A stretch of 64,000 nucleotides of DNA from an uncultured Clostridia bacterium (GTDB taxonomy: Bacteria; Bacillota; Clostridia; TANB77; CAG-465), in NCBI GenBank assembly GCA_944388575.1, contig CALXJF010000001.1:6894-70893 (forward strand), written 5' to 3'. Made by a program: the position numbers and the translations under genes. Below the pieces are notes generated by a model. The model searched no databases, was not told the origin of the DNA, and worked only from the letters and a program-made list of their open reading frames with translations. Positions 1 through 9,666 of this stretch are shown here, one piece after another (position 1 is the first letter of the stretch; each line of letters opens with the position of its first letter).

Positions 1-219
1 TAGTGTTACCGAATTAGCAACATCAGCCATTATAGATGACATCATTATAGTAACAGCAGACTGTATTTCAGACTTATCACTTTCTGTAACTGCAGTATTT
101 GCATTTTCAATTGGGTTATTGTTATTTAATGTAAGTAATACAGCTGCTGCTAAGATAATTATAACAATAATTGTTATAACTAATACGATTAAAGAAATAC
201 CTTTTTTAGAATTTTTCAT
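1..219 (-). CDS. Type IV pilin-like protein, 5' part (runs off the window start)
   Basis: Manually translated MKNSKKG|ISLIVLVITIIVIIILAAAVLLTLNNNNPIENA...: class III signal peptide, AAGGAGG RBS upstream. Not in the ORF track. Confidence 0.85.
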   Translation of the reverse strand, partial: MKNSKKGISLIVLVITIIVIIILAAAVLLTLNNNNPIENANTAVTESDKSEIQSAVTIMMSSIMADVANSVTL

Positions 220-312
220 AAAATTCTTCCTCCTTATAATATAAAATATATATAAAAACATTTTATAACATTTCATATATTTATCTTTTGTATAAAATGT
301 TTTTACCAAAAA

Positions 313-825
313 TTATTCATTGCCAACTAGTAGAAAATCTAAATCTTCCATCCACCAGTCTGGACTTGAAGTTAAATTTACTTTTAATAATTCTCCATCT
401 TGAATATAAAATTCAATTCCATCATACGTTGGCATACTTGTGTTTAACAAGTCTTTTAAGTTTTCTTCATTTATTTTATAAGCCACTTTTCCGTCTTTTT
501 CTATTTTTTGGTCTATATCTACTAATGGCTTTATTGAGTTATCTTCATTATCTTTTATATCTTCTCCTGTAGCTGCTACCTTTCCGGTAATTAGCTCTTC
601 ATTTGTATATACTCCAAATGTATCAGAAGATGACTTTCCTATATATGTTGAAATTTTACTTTGCAATGTATATGCGCTTTGTAAAAATTTACCGCTTCCA
701 CTAATGGTTTTAGAATCAAAAGCTAGAAAAACAGATAATGCAATTAAAAGCATACATATTGCAGCTAAAATTACTATTACTACATTTTTTTTGCTATCTA
801 TATGTCCCTCTTCTTTTTTTGCCAT
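313..825 (-). CDS. Single-TM protein in the pilus cluster (possible minor pilin or accessory protein)
   Basis: N-terminal hydrophobic helix; position between PilP-like gene and pilin. Confidence 0.55.
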   Translation of the reverse strand: MAKKEEGHIDSKKNVVIVILAAICMLLIALSVFLAFDSKTISGSGKFLQSAYTLQSKISTYIGKSSSDTFGVYTNEELITGKVAATGEDIKDNEDNSIKPLVDIDQKIEKDGKVAYKINEENLKDLLNTSMPTYDGIEFYIQDGELLKVNLTSSPDWWMEDLDFLLVGNE

Positions 826-836
826 TTCTACACTCC

Positions 837-1265
837 TTACTTGCCAGTTGAAGGTGGATTTGGTGTACCACCATTACTATTAGTTATCTTATCTTGAGTT
901 GAAGTAGAACCTGAACTTTGATTGTTTCCATTTGAACTACTTCCATTACTACTATTATTTCCATCACCTGTAGTAACTGTATCAGAAGGCGAAAATGGAT
1001 CAGAATTTCCCGCTTTATATTGATTATTATTTTTAAATGTATTCATATCTTCATCAGTAATAGTATATTGTTTTGTCAATGCCTCACTAGAAATATCTTT
1101 TGTACTTTCAAAAGTATATCTTGATTTTGAAATAGCATCATATTTATTTATATTTCCTTCAAGTATCTGAACCTGTTGAGGTAGCATTAACATTAATAAT
1201 ATAACACATACTGATATAACTACAAGAAATGATATACTAAAAGTTAATATATATGTTTTTTTCAT
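837..1265 (-). CDS. PilP-like/pilus accessory membrane protein
   Basis: N-terminal TM, G-x-x-DPF motif (GNSDPFSP), low-complexity S/N/G tail, follows the PilO-like gene. Confidence 0.45.
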   Translation of the reverse strand: MKKTYILTFSISFLVVISVCVILLMLMLPQQVQILEGNINKYDAISKSRYTFESTKDISSEALTKQYTITDEDMNTFKNNNQYKAGNSDPFSPSDTVTTGDGNNSSNGSSSNGNNQSSGSTSTQDKITNSNGGTPNPPSTGK

Positions 1266-1286
1266 CCATTATCACACTCCTTTACC

Positions 1287-2099
1287 TTATTTATTAATAA
1301 TTAAGTTTTTAACATTAAAACTTGCTTTAATAGTAGTTCCTGAAACATAATCCATAGATATATTATCAAGTCTAAATCTTAAAGCTTTATCATTTTCAAC
1401 TTCAAATATAAAATCTGAAACATCTAAATAACTTCCTGAAACTTGTATTTTAAACAAAGTATTCGAATCAGTTGTTGAAGTTGCTGTATTTCCACTTGTA
1501 GATGCACCTGTTGTACTTGCAGAAGCATCACCATTTGTAGTAGTCGTAGTATTAGTACCGCTTGTGGTACTATTAGCACTTGTAGTGCCTGTAGAAGTAC
1601 TACTACCTGTATTATCTGTAGTAGCAGTTGTTACACTACTTGAACTACTATTTGAATTAGTTGAGCTAGTTGAAGCATTTTGATTTGTAGTAGTATCAAA
1701 ACTTCCACCTGGTTCAGCCATAATTATCGTTAAATTATTTGATTTTGCATAATTACCTAATCTAATCCACATATATTCAATATTATAATTTTCTTCAGTT
1801 GTAGCTTCTTTTATTATATTTATAGTGTCATCACTAATAGCTTCATACTTAGTCTTTTCACTATCAAAAGTTGTCTGTACATCTTTAACTTTCTTTATAG
1901 CATCATTATATTCTGTTTCTTTTTGTTTAAGTTGTGTCTCAGCCACATTAACCTCATCATGCTTTCCTAATAACGTTTTTACAGAATTAAATTTAATAAT
2001 TTTTAAATCTATATCAACAAACAACACGAGTACTAAAAGTCCAATTAAAACTACAAAGCACGAAGATACTATTATTATCTTTTTTATATCATCTGACAT
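1287..2099 (-). CDS. PilO-like type IV pilus assembly protein
   Basis: TM plus coiled coil plus C-terminal 'IQVSGSYLDVSDFIFEVEN...RLDNISM' PilO-type segment; Ser/Thr-rich insert; start overlaps the upstream stop. Confidence 0.65.
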   Translation of the reverse strand: MSDDIKKIIIVSSCFVVLIGLLVLVLFVDIDLKIIKFNSVKTLLGKHDEVNVAETQLKQKETEYNDAIKKVKDVQTTFDSEKTKYEAISDDTINIIKEATTEENYNIEYMWIRLGNYAKSNNLTIIMAEPGGSFDTTTNQNASTSSTNSNSSSSSVTTATTDNTGSSTSTGTTSANSTTSGTNTTTTTNGDASASTTGASTSGNTATSTTDSNTLFKIQVSGSYLDVSDFIFEVENDKALRFRLDNISMDYVSGTTIKASFNVKNLIINK

Positions 2100-3733
2100 T
2101 ATGGCAACTCACCACCAATCTCAACAACAGTTGTTGTTCCATTTTTTACACTATTTACTTTTAAATCATTCAATGTATTATTCAACTTTAATTCGGCTAC
2201 AAAATAACCTAAATCTGCATAGCTATCTGACTTAGCAGTTATCTTTACATTTTTATTATCGTCAGAGCTTATATTTACTAGTTGCACATTTTTAGGTATA
2301 ATTTTTATTATATTTTGTAAAAATGTAGCCACATTATATGTAGTAAATTTTCCTATTTTATTACTCTCAATCTGTTCAACAATTTCCTGAACATCATCAT
2401 TGATTTCTTTATACTTAGCCATATTTGTGTTTATATAGTTATAATCACTGTTTATTTCAGTAATATCACCATTAATCTCAGCAATAGTTTTATTAACATC
2501 ATTTTTCATTTTCTCAACTCTTGAAACATACAAAGAGCTAAATAATATATATGATACAAACACAACAGCAACTACAATACAAGCACATATAATTCCACCA
2601 CTTATTTTTTCTGTATCTATAAAACTTATAGATGGTGCTTTTTCTTTTGGAGCTTTTTCTAAGCTTTCGTTTGCCTCTTTTTTTGCTAATTTATTATCTT
2701 TATTTTTCTTTTCAAAAATAGATAAAAAACCTTTTTTGATATTACCTTTTTTTATATATTCGCTTTCTTTTGGTTTTGGCACCAAAACATCATATGCAAG
2801 AGCCATAGCTTCTATAGATTCCAACATATCAGCAGTATTTCTTACATTACTAGTGTCTTCTAAAAAATCAGGTTTTAATATCTCACATTTTTCGTCTAAA
2901 AACTCAGTAAACAAAATGTCAATATTAGTAAATATTATACCATTTCCTGTTAATATTACTTTTTCTATGTCTTTTCTATATTTATTAACTAGAGTTTGTA
3001 CATTTTTCAAGATATCTTGCAACAATGGTTCTAAAAGTACTTCTAACTCTTTATTATTATTATCTACGCCTTCAGAAAAAACATTGATTTGTTTACATGC
3101 TTCATAAGCTTTTTGATATGAGCCAAGTTTTCCAGAAAAATCCTGCAAAATTTGTTTCATTCCTACTTTGAAATTTTGCATTTCAACAATCTTATTATTT
3201 ATAACAACCATAACAGTCAAACTATCACTAAAGTCAACTAATACATAGTTTTGATATTCTTTAGGTACAAGTCTTTGAGTTAATAAACTAGCTGGGTAAA
3301 TAGAAGTAATACTGTTAAATTTTTGAGTATATTTTTCAATTAACTCTCTTTCAACAATATTTATTTCTAAATTCCTTTTGCCCTCAGAATTTTTAACATC
3401 TGCAGGTTTGAATATATATTGATAATTTTGAGGACTTTTTGCATTTTTCTCACACCAAGCTTCAAATTCCATTTTAGCAACATCACTAAAATATGATTTT
3501 ACTTGTCCTTGTTCATACATTTCTATATTTAAATATTCACTTTTTTCTGGAGTAATAGCTATAGGTATATTAGCTGAATTTGTCTCTTGAATTATAGATT
3601 CAATTTGATTTAATGGATCAAATTTAACGAATCTAGTGCCATATTGCTCTAGTTGTATATTATTTTTTTCATATGACATCTTTGCAAATTTTATAACATC
3701 ATTATTTATGTATATTCCTAAACAACTTGACAT
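2099..3733 (-). CDS. PilM-PilN fusion, type IV pilus assembly protein
   Basis: N-terminal actin-like PilM signatures (LGIYIN..VIK, LVDFS, VILTGNG), then TM, coiled coil and a PilN-like 'IPKNVQLVNIS...ITAKSDSY' domain. Confidence 0.7.
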   Translation of the reverse strand: MSSCLGIYINNDVIKFAKMSYEKNNIQLEQYGTRFVKFDPLNQIESIIQETNSANIPIAITPEKSEYLNIEMYEQGQVKSYFSDVAKMEFEAWCEKNAKSPQNYQYIFKPADVKNSEGKRNLEINIVERELIEKYTQKFNSITSIYPASLLTQRLVPKEYQNYVLVDFSDSLTVMVVINNKIVEMQNFKVGMKQILQDFSGKLGSYQKAYEACKQINVFSEGVDNNNKELEVLLEPLLQDILKNVQTLVNKYRKDIEKVILTGNGIIFTNIDILFTEFLDEKCEILKPDFLEDTSNVRNTADMLESIEAMALAYDVLVPKPKESEYIKKGNIKKGFLSIFEKKNKDNKLAKKEANESLEKAPKEKAPSISFIDTEKISGGIICACIVVAVVFVSYILFSSLYVSRVEKMKNDVNKTIAEINGDITEINSDYNYINTNMAKYKEINDDVQEIVEQIESNKIGKFTTYNVATFLQNIIKIIPKNVQLVNISSDDNKNVKITAKSDSYADLGYFVAELKLNNTLNDLKVNSVKNGTTTVVEIGGELP

Positions 3734-3958
3734 AGATTTCTCCTTTTATCATTTAATCTTCTGTAAAATCCAACAATATTATTTTGACACAAATTAAGTA
3801 TTAATATTCTAAAAAAATACATAATTAATGTCATATAAACCGTAACATATCATTGTAGCTATACTTTATCATATATATATTTTTTTTTCAACAAATCTTT
3901 TATATGTAATTTTTTTTTTACGACTATGTAATATTTTTGTAACAAAAAAGAGTAGTTT

Positions 3959-4522
3959 TTATTCACTACTCTTACATGAAATACTAATTTTATCAGCACT
4001 TACTCCAATCTGATCTACAATAATTTGTTGTATTTGAGCAACTTGCTCATCTTTTAATTCCTCTTTAACTTTAACTACTACATTTATATTGTCATTGTTA
4101 GTTGGAATTATAACAATATCTTCTATTCCTTTAGACTTAATTACATTTTCTACCATATTAATTAAATTTTTTTGAGTAATTAAATCATTTAATTTTTTTT
4201 GATATTCATTAACTTGGTCAGCAGATGTGTTTTCATTTTTTATAATACTTGAATAGTTCTCACTAAGTTCAGAATACATATTATCTCTATCATACTTAAA
4301 AACTGCTATTTCATTTTCTTCTATTTCTTCTTTTTCTTGAGAAGTATCTTCTGAATAAATACTAACATTATCATATGCAAAATTATCTTTTCCATTAACA
4401 TATACTGTTTGACCTAGATTTTTCTCTCTATCAGGATTATATTTATAATTTATATATCCAGCCACAGAAACCATAAGTCCAAGAGATATTAAAGCTAATG
4501 TACTTCTTTTAACTACTGTCAT
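3959..4522 (-). CDS. spoIIIAH: Stage III sporulation protein AH
   Basis: 'VAGYINY' N-terminus, 'ENVIKSKGIED' motif, last gene of the spoIIIA operon. Confidence 0.85.
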   Translation of the reverse strand: MTVVKRSTLALISLGLMVSVAGYINYKYNPDREKNLGQTVYVNGKDNFAYDNVSIYSEDTSQEKEEIEENEIAVFKYDRDNMYSELSENYSSIIKNENTSADQVNEYQKKLNDLITQKNLINMVENVIKSKGIEDIVIIPTNNDNINVVVKVKEELKDEQVAQIQQIIVDQIGVSADKISISCKSSE

Positions 4523-4532
4523 AATCTTTCAC

Positions 4533-5099
4533 CTATCCTTGTTTTTCAAATACTTGTACCTTATATACTGGTACATCAGTAAGTGTTGACACAGCTGTAG
4601 CAATTTTAGATCTCATTTCAACGGTAGAAGCTCCTTTTGCAACAATTATTGCACCTTCTATTTTAGGCATTTCTACAGTTTCAATTATTGCAGTCTTTTT
4701 ACTTCCATCTTCATTATATGCAACACTTTTTTCAGTAGTTTTTTCTCCTGATTTTTCTTGTTCCTTAGTATTATATACTGGTGTTTGCGTAGTATCACTA
4801 GAATATGTAATAACAACTGAAACCTCACTTATACCAGAAATTTGTGATAATATTTCGCTTAATTTATACTCAAGATCATCTTGTACACTATTTGTATTTT
4901 CTGTTGTACCATTCTCACTATTATTTATATTCTCATTAGTAGTTGTACTATTACTTGTTTTACTCGAATTATCATTTGAAGAAAAAATATATTTGCTTGC
5001 GATTAATATTATTGAAAGTAATATAATTAACAATACAATATTTTCAATCTTTTTTTCTTTACTTTTAGTTATATTCTTTAGTGTCTCTAAATAGTTCAT
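4533..5099 (-). CDS. spoIIIAG: Stage III sporulation protein AG
   Basis: 'LEYKLSEILSQISGI', 'PKIEGAIIVAKGA', 'VPVYKVQVF' motifs; operon position. Confidence 0.9.
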   Translation of the reverse strand: MNYLETLKNITKSKEKKIENIVLLIILLSIILIASKYIFSSNDNSSKTSNSTTTNENINNSENGTTENTNSVQDDLEYKLSEILSQISGISEVSVVITYSSDTTQTPVYNTKEQEKSGEKTTEKSVAYNEDGSKKTAIIETVEMPKIEGAIIVAKGASTVEMRSKIATAVSTLTDVPVYKVQVFEKQG

Positions 5100-5627
5100 T
5101 TATATTCCACCTTCTTCTATAACTTCAATTTTCGAAAGATCTAAATCATATACTTCATTAATGTATTTTACAACACTTGTAACATCATCTAATGAAGATA
5201 CTTCTTCATCAATCTTATCTATACAAATCTCCAATTTTTCAATATTATATTGTTCTGAAAGGAACATATCAATTGTCTTTACTACTATTCCTTGTTGCTC
5301 TAATTTACTTTTTATATCATTTTTCATATTCTGCCCAAAAGTTTCTCTTAAAGTTTCTTCTGTTTTTTCTTGATATCCATCTACATCTATTTCTTCAGCT
5401 ACATCACCATTTGATATATTAGCTATTACTTGACTTACACTTTCTTCTACATCTTTATTTTTTAATAAATTTATTACTGGTGAAACAACTGTTATTACCG
5501 TAATAATTCCAATCAAAGAATAAATATACTTTTTTAAATTGGTCTTAGGTATTATTAGCTGGATAAAAGTTATAAATATACCCACACAAAGCATTGCACT
5601 TACCCAACCTTTAAAAATCTCTATCAT
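5100..5627 (-). CDS. spoIIIAF: Stage III sporulation protein AF
   Basis: 'WV...IIPK.NLKKYI...G...VVSP' N-terminus; operon position; AGGAGG RBS. Confidence 0.85.
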   Translation of the reverse strand: MIEIFKGWVSAMLCVGIFITFIQLIIPKTNLKKYIYSLIGIITVITVVSPVINLLKNKDVEESVSQVIANISNGDVAEEIDVDGYQEKTEETLRETFGQNMKNDIKSKLEQQGIVVKTIDMFLSEQYNIEKLEICIDKIDEEVSSLDDVTSVVKYINEVYDLDLSKIEVIEEGGI

Positions 5628-5644
5628 ATCTTTTCCTCCTTTGT

Positions 5645-6827
5645 TTATTTAACTACACTATTTACTAAGTTTAAAATAATTCCAGTTGAAATAACAAATA
5701 AAATAGTTATTCCAATCAAAATACCTAGTATATTTTTATATACATTACTAAATGTCGATATATACTTCACAACATTTTCCTCTTGACATATAGGCTCTAC
5801 TAATGCTGCTAAAACCATATATAATCCGCATTACACTCGCTATTTTTATAATAGGTACTACCGCTACTATTAATACAGAAATAATCCCAATTGTTCCACC
5901 AACACTACTTATAACCTTAGTCGCTCCAACTACAGTTTCAAAACTATCTGAAAAAAACTTTCCAACTACTGGGACAAAATTAGATACTGCGGCTTGTGTA
6001 GTTTTTACTGCTAAAGAGTCTACTGAAGAAGTAAGAGTCGTTTCAAGTGATAATACTCCCAAAAAAAATGTAAATAGAATTCCTACTATCCAAATTGCAC
6101 TACTACTGAACAATTTTGACATTCTACTTAATTTTAAATTTTCTGATATACTACATATAACATTAATAGCTACCGATATACTAAAAAATGGAATGACAAG
6201 ATAATTAACAATAAATCCTACTGCACTTGCAACAAAAAGTACCATAGGTTGTATAATTCCGGTAGAAGTTATGGCTCCTGTAGAAATTAATACCGCCATC
6301 AAAAATGGAGATATAACCTGCATAAGTGTAGTAAGTACAGAAACAACCTCTTTAAAACTTGTTATTATATCCAAAAAAGTTACAATTGTTATAGTTGCTA
6401 GTGCTGCAAAGCATGAAAGATGTGCTATTTTTGTTATATCTGACTTCTTTTCAAGTTCAATATTAGATATTATCGCCATAATAATTACAATAAAATATAT
6501 AGAAATTGCTCCTTTTAAGCTTCCCATTACTTCTTTAGCAAAAAAGGATAACAATTTGGCCACTATATTTTTATAATCTATATTATTTGATTTAATTAAA
6601 GATGATGCTATTTCCTGAAAATCTATTCCCTCAATTCCTGTATCCTCTACATAATTATTAATATCATTAATATATGTTTCTAAATTAAAATTTTCCGAGA
6701 TCTGATTTGTAACATTTTCTTGAATTGATGTTTCTTCTTCAATGGTATTTGAAATAACGTCTGAATCTAATCCAATTAATATACAAGATATTAAGATAAT
6801 GACTTTAAATATTTTAACTTTTAACAT
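5645..6827 (-). CDS. spoIIIAE: Stage III sporulation protein AE, needs a +1 shift at CGG (5826-5828); about 393 aa when joined
   Basis: 'VSNFVPVVGKFFSD' motif. ATG CGG ATT: skipping the C gives M-G-LYMVLAALVEPI..., a hydrophobic C-terminus ending at TAA 5645-5647 next to the spoIIIAF RBS. Confidence 0.85.
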
Positions 6828-6830
6828 ATT

Positions 6831-7220
6831 CTATACCAATCCTGATAATACATTAACAAGTGTTGCAATTAACGGTAATGAAAGTGATACAATTATTATT
6901 TTCCCTGCTATTTCAAGTTTTGTACCTATAGCACTTTGCCCCGCATCTATACAAATATTTTTACCAAACTCTACCAAATATGCTATACCAGTAATTTTTA
7001 AAATTATAACCAGGAATTCTTTACTTATACCAGAACCATCTATTAAGGAATTTAACATATCTATTATTGGTGTAACCTTTGATATTGCAAAAAGCAAAAT
7101 ACAAATTCCAGCAACAATTGTAAGTAATAAAGCCATTTCTTTTCTTTGTTCTTGTAATAATACAATTAATACCACTGATATAATAGCAAATCCTACAACC
7201 TTAATAATTTCCATTTTCAC
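6831..7220 (-). CDS. spoIIIAD: Stage III sporulation protein AD
   Basis: 'ILKITGIAYLVEFG..IC.DAGQSAI..KLEIAGKI' signature. Confidence 0.95.
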   Translation of the reverse strand: MKMEIIKVVGFAIISVVLIVLLQEQRKEMALLLTIVAGICILLFAISKVTPIIDMLNSLIDGSGISKEFLVIILKITGIAYLVEFGKNICIDAGQSAIGTKLEIAGKIIIVSLSLPLIATLVNVLSGLV

Positions 7221-7224
7221 TCAC

Positions 7225-7419
7225 CTACAACCCAAAAATAGTTCTTACAGTTTCAAATAAATTGCTAATTTGAGTTATAACCAACATAAGAACTATTATT
7301 AAGCCTGTTAAAGTTGTCATCATAGCTTGATCTTCTCTTCCAGCTTTAGTTAATACTTGATTTAAAACAGCTACAAGAATTCCAATACCTGCTATTTTAA
7401 ACAGCAAATTAATATCCAT
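7225..7419 (-). CDS. spoIIIAC: Stage III sporulation protein AC
   Basis: MDINLLFKIAGIGILVAVLNQVL..AGREDQA signature. Confidence 0.95.
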   Translation of the reverse strand: MDINLLFKIAGIGILVAVLNQVLTKAGREDQAMMTTLTGLIIVLMLVITQISNLFETVRTIFGL

Positions 7420-7434
7420 CTTCTTCCCTCCATA

Positions 7435-7953
7435 CTAAATACAAATTATTACTATCATAATTCCAGCTATAACTCCTACAGTTTTATATAATTTTGAGTT
7501 TTTTAATTTTATATCATTTGCCTCTTTAATTTGATTGTCTATTATATTTATACCATTTTCTATTATATTTATTTGTCCATCTAAATCACTTCTTCCTAAA
7601 TTCCTCAAAGTGGAAATAAATACATTTTTATCATAATCGGTTAGCTCTGTTAAATTTGAAATATTTCTAACAATACTTTGATCTATACACATTTCACTAT
7701 CTGTAGCTAACATATCCTCAACAATTTGTCCTATTACATTTTTTAACTCAGTTAAAAGTTTTTGCCTTGAAGATTCATATGCATTAGGTAAAATACTCAT
7801 CATGTATTTAATTTCATTTTCAACTAATCCTAAAAATGTAACCATATCTCTTAGAATTTGTTCCCTATACTTTAACTTCTTGGCTTTATACATTCCAATA
7901 TATCCACATCCTAAAATTATTAAAACTGATACAATTAATTTAAAAATTAACAT
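7435..7953 (-). CDS. spoIIIAB: Stage III sporulation protein AB
   Basis: 'LGRSDLDGQ' and 'KLYKTVG' motifs; likely start is ATG 7953 after GGAGG. Confidence 0.9.
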   Translation of the reverse strand: MLIFKLIVSVLIILGCGYIGMYKAKKLKYREQILRDMVTFLGLVENEIKYMMSILPNAYESSRQKLLTELKNVIGQIVEDMLATDSEMCIDQSIVRNISNLTELTDYDKNVFISTLRNLGRSDLDGQINIIENGINIIDNQIKEANDIKLKNSKLYKTVGVIAGIMIVIICI

Positions 7954-8087
7954 ATTCCACCTCCAAAGACTTCTTATATAAAAGTTATACAACTTTTTTA
8001 TCAAAATAATTGTAGAAAAATATTATATGCTCACACCTTTTTTGACTAGTTTTAGCAAAAATAGTAATATATGTATAAAATAATAAA

Positions 8088-8112
8088 AAGTGCCTACTTT
8101 GCATAGACACTT
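8088..8112 (-). terminator. Probable intrinsic terminator downstream of the 8171-8530 gene
   Basis: Imperfect inverted repeat aagtgccta..tagacactt with a T-rich run on the minus strand. Confidence 0.5.
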
Positions 8113-8170
8113 CTATCATTTATAAATTATATGTTGTATATCAATTATTTACAAATAATTATAAATATAA

Positions 8171-8530
8171 TTATCTCCTACTTACCGTTCTTATATATTT
8201 AGAATCCACTTCCTCTTGATTACCACAGACAGGACAAACCATATATGTACACAAAAATTCCATATCTTCCCATTTATCATCATCCCCGTATCCACCATCA
8301 ATAAATGTTTTTAAAGTTTTAATATTCTTTTTTTCTACTTTTATATATTTACTTTTTAGAAAATATCTTCTACATTTAGAACAATAACTATAATTTTTAA
8401 AACGTTTATTAATGAAATCAGGTATCCATTTGTTTTTCATTTTTAACAAAATTTCTTCTTGTTTTTCAATAGGAAGTTCTGCTAAAACTTGCCGTAGATA
8501 ACTTTCAAACTCCTTCTTATTCATATACAT
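8171..8530 (-). CDS. Hypothetical protein with two CxxC pairs (putative Zn-binding)
   Basis: CSKC and CPVC motifs; GAAAGGAAG RBS; lies between spoIIIAA and spoIIIAB. Confidence 0.65.
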   Translation of the reverse strand: MYMNKKEFESYLRQVLAELPIEKQEEILLKMKNKWIPDFINKRFKNYSYCSKCRRYFLKSKYIKVEKKNIKTLKTFIDGGYGDDDKWEDMEFLCTYMVCPVCGNQEEVDSKYIRTVSRR

Positions 8531-8578
8531 CTTCCTTTCTAATTAGAAAATAATAATTTTATATTTTAACTTAGTTTA

Positions 8579-9505
8579 TCATACGACTTTTGATTTTACA
8601 ATATTTTTATCTAAATCACATATATTTTCTATTGTACCTACTCCATTTTTATTTGATAATAATATAATATTACTAAACATACCTTCATCAAGTAATTCCT
8701 TCATCCCATCCCTTTTTAAAACGTCATTTAAATCTTTACCATGCATAGTAAAAATCAAACCTACTCCACTACAATTTGCATATTTAATTGCATCAAAATC
8801 TTTTTGTCCACCTATTTCATCAGTAGCAATTATATTTATCCCCATACTCCTTACTAACATTTCCATACCTAAATATTTTGGAGAATTAGATATTATATCT
8901 GTTCTAATTCCAACATCTAAATTTGCTATACCTTGCCAAACTGCTGCAATTTCTCCTCTTTCATCAACTAATCCAATATTTTTGCCTTTAATGCCTAGTT
9001 TTTCTATTCCATTGCTAACTTGTCTTATAATATCTCTAAGTATTGTTGTTTTTCCACAACCAGGAGGAGATACAATTAATGTATTTGTAAACTTACCATT
9101 TTTTATTATATAAGGCATAACTTTATCCGCACAACCAATAAGCTGTCTTGCAATTCTTATATTCATACTATTAATATTTTTTATATTTTTTATTCTTCCA
9201 CCTTCAAGAACAACTTCTCCACATATCCCTATTCTATGTCCTCCTTTTATAACAACAAAACCGTTATTTATCTCATTTTGAATAGCATATATAGAATTCT
9301 TAGAAACTTTTACCAATATTTCAAGTAAATCTTGTAAAGATACATTATATTCTATCGGTATTTCTATATTAGATGCAATAACAATTCCTTTTTTTCCAAC
9401 TCTTAGTCTTATTTCATTTATATTACTATTTCCTCCAATATTTTTTATCTCTCTATATAAAGAAACTGGTAAAACTTTTAATACTTCATCTAACATATTT
9501 ATCAC
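8579..9505 (-). CDS. spoIIIAA: Stage III sporulation protein AA (ATPase)
   Basis: 'EIRLR', 'GGHRIGICG', Walker A SPPGCGKTT, 'VDERGEIA', 'TDEIG'. Confidence 0.95.
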   Translation of the reverse strand: MINMLDEVLKVLPVSLYREIKNIGGNSNINEIRLRVGKKGIVIASNIEIPIEYNVSLQDLLEILVKVSKNSIYAIQNEINNGFVVIKGGHRIGICGEVVLEGGRIKNIKNINSMNIRIARQLIGCADKVMPYIIKNGKFTNTLIVSPPGCGKTTILRDIIRQVSNGIEKLGIKGKNIGLVDERGEIAAVWQGIANLDVGIRTDIISNSPKYLGMEMLVRSMGINIIATDEIGGQKDFDAIKYANCSGVGLIFTMHGKDLNDVLKRDGMKELLDEGMFSNIILLSNKNGVGTIENICDLDKNIVKSKVV

Positions 9506-9666
9506 CTATATATTTTATATGCTTTAATAAAAGAAATATTTGTAAAATACTGTATGAAAAAATTAAAAATTTTGTAAAAAAAGAGAACACCTAAGAATAC
9601 ACTCTTCTTAAATGTCCTTAATATATTAAAGAATTAATTTTAAAACCAAAACGTTTCTATAATCAA

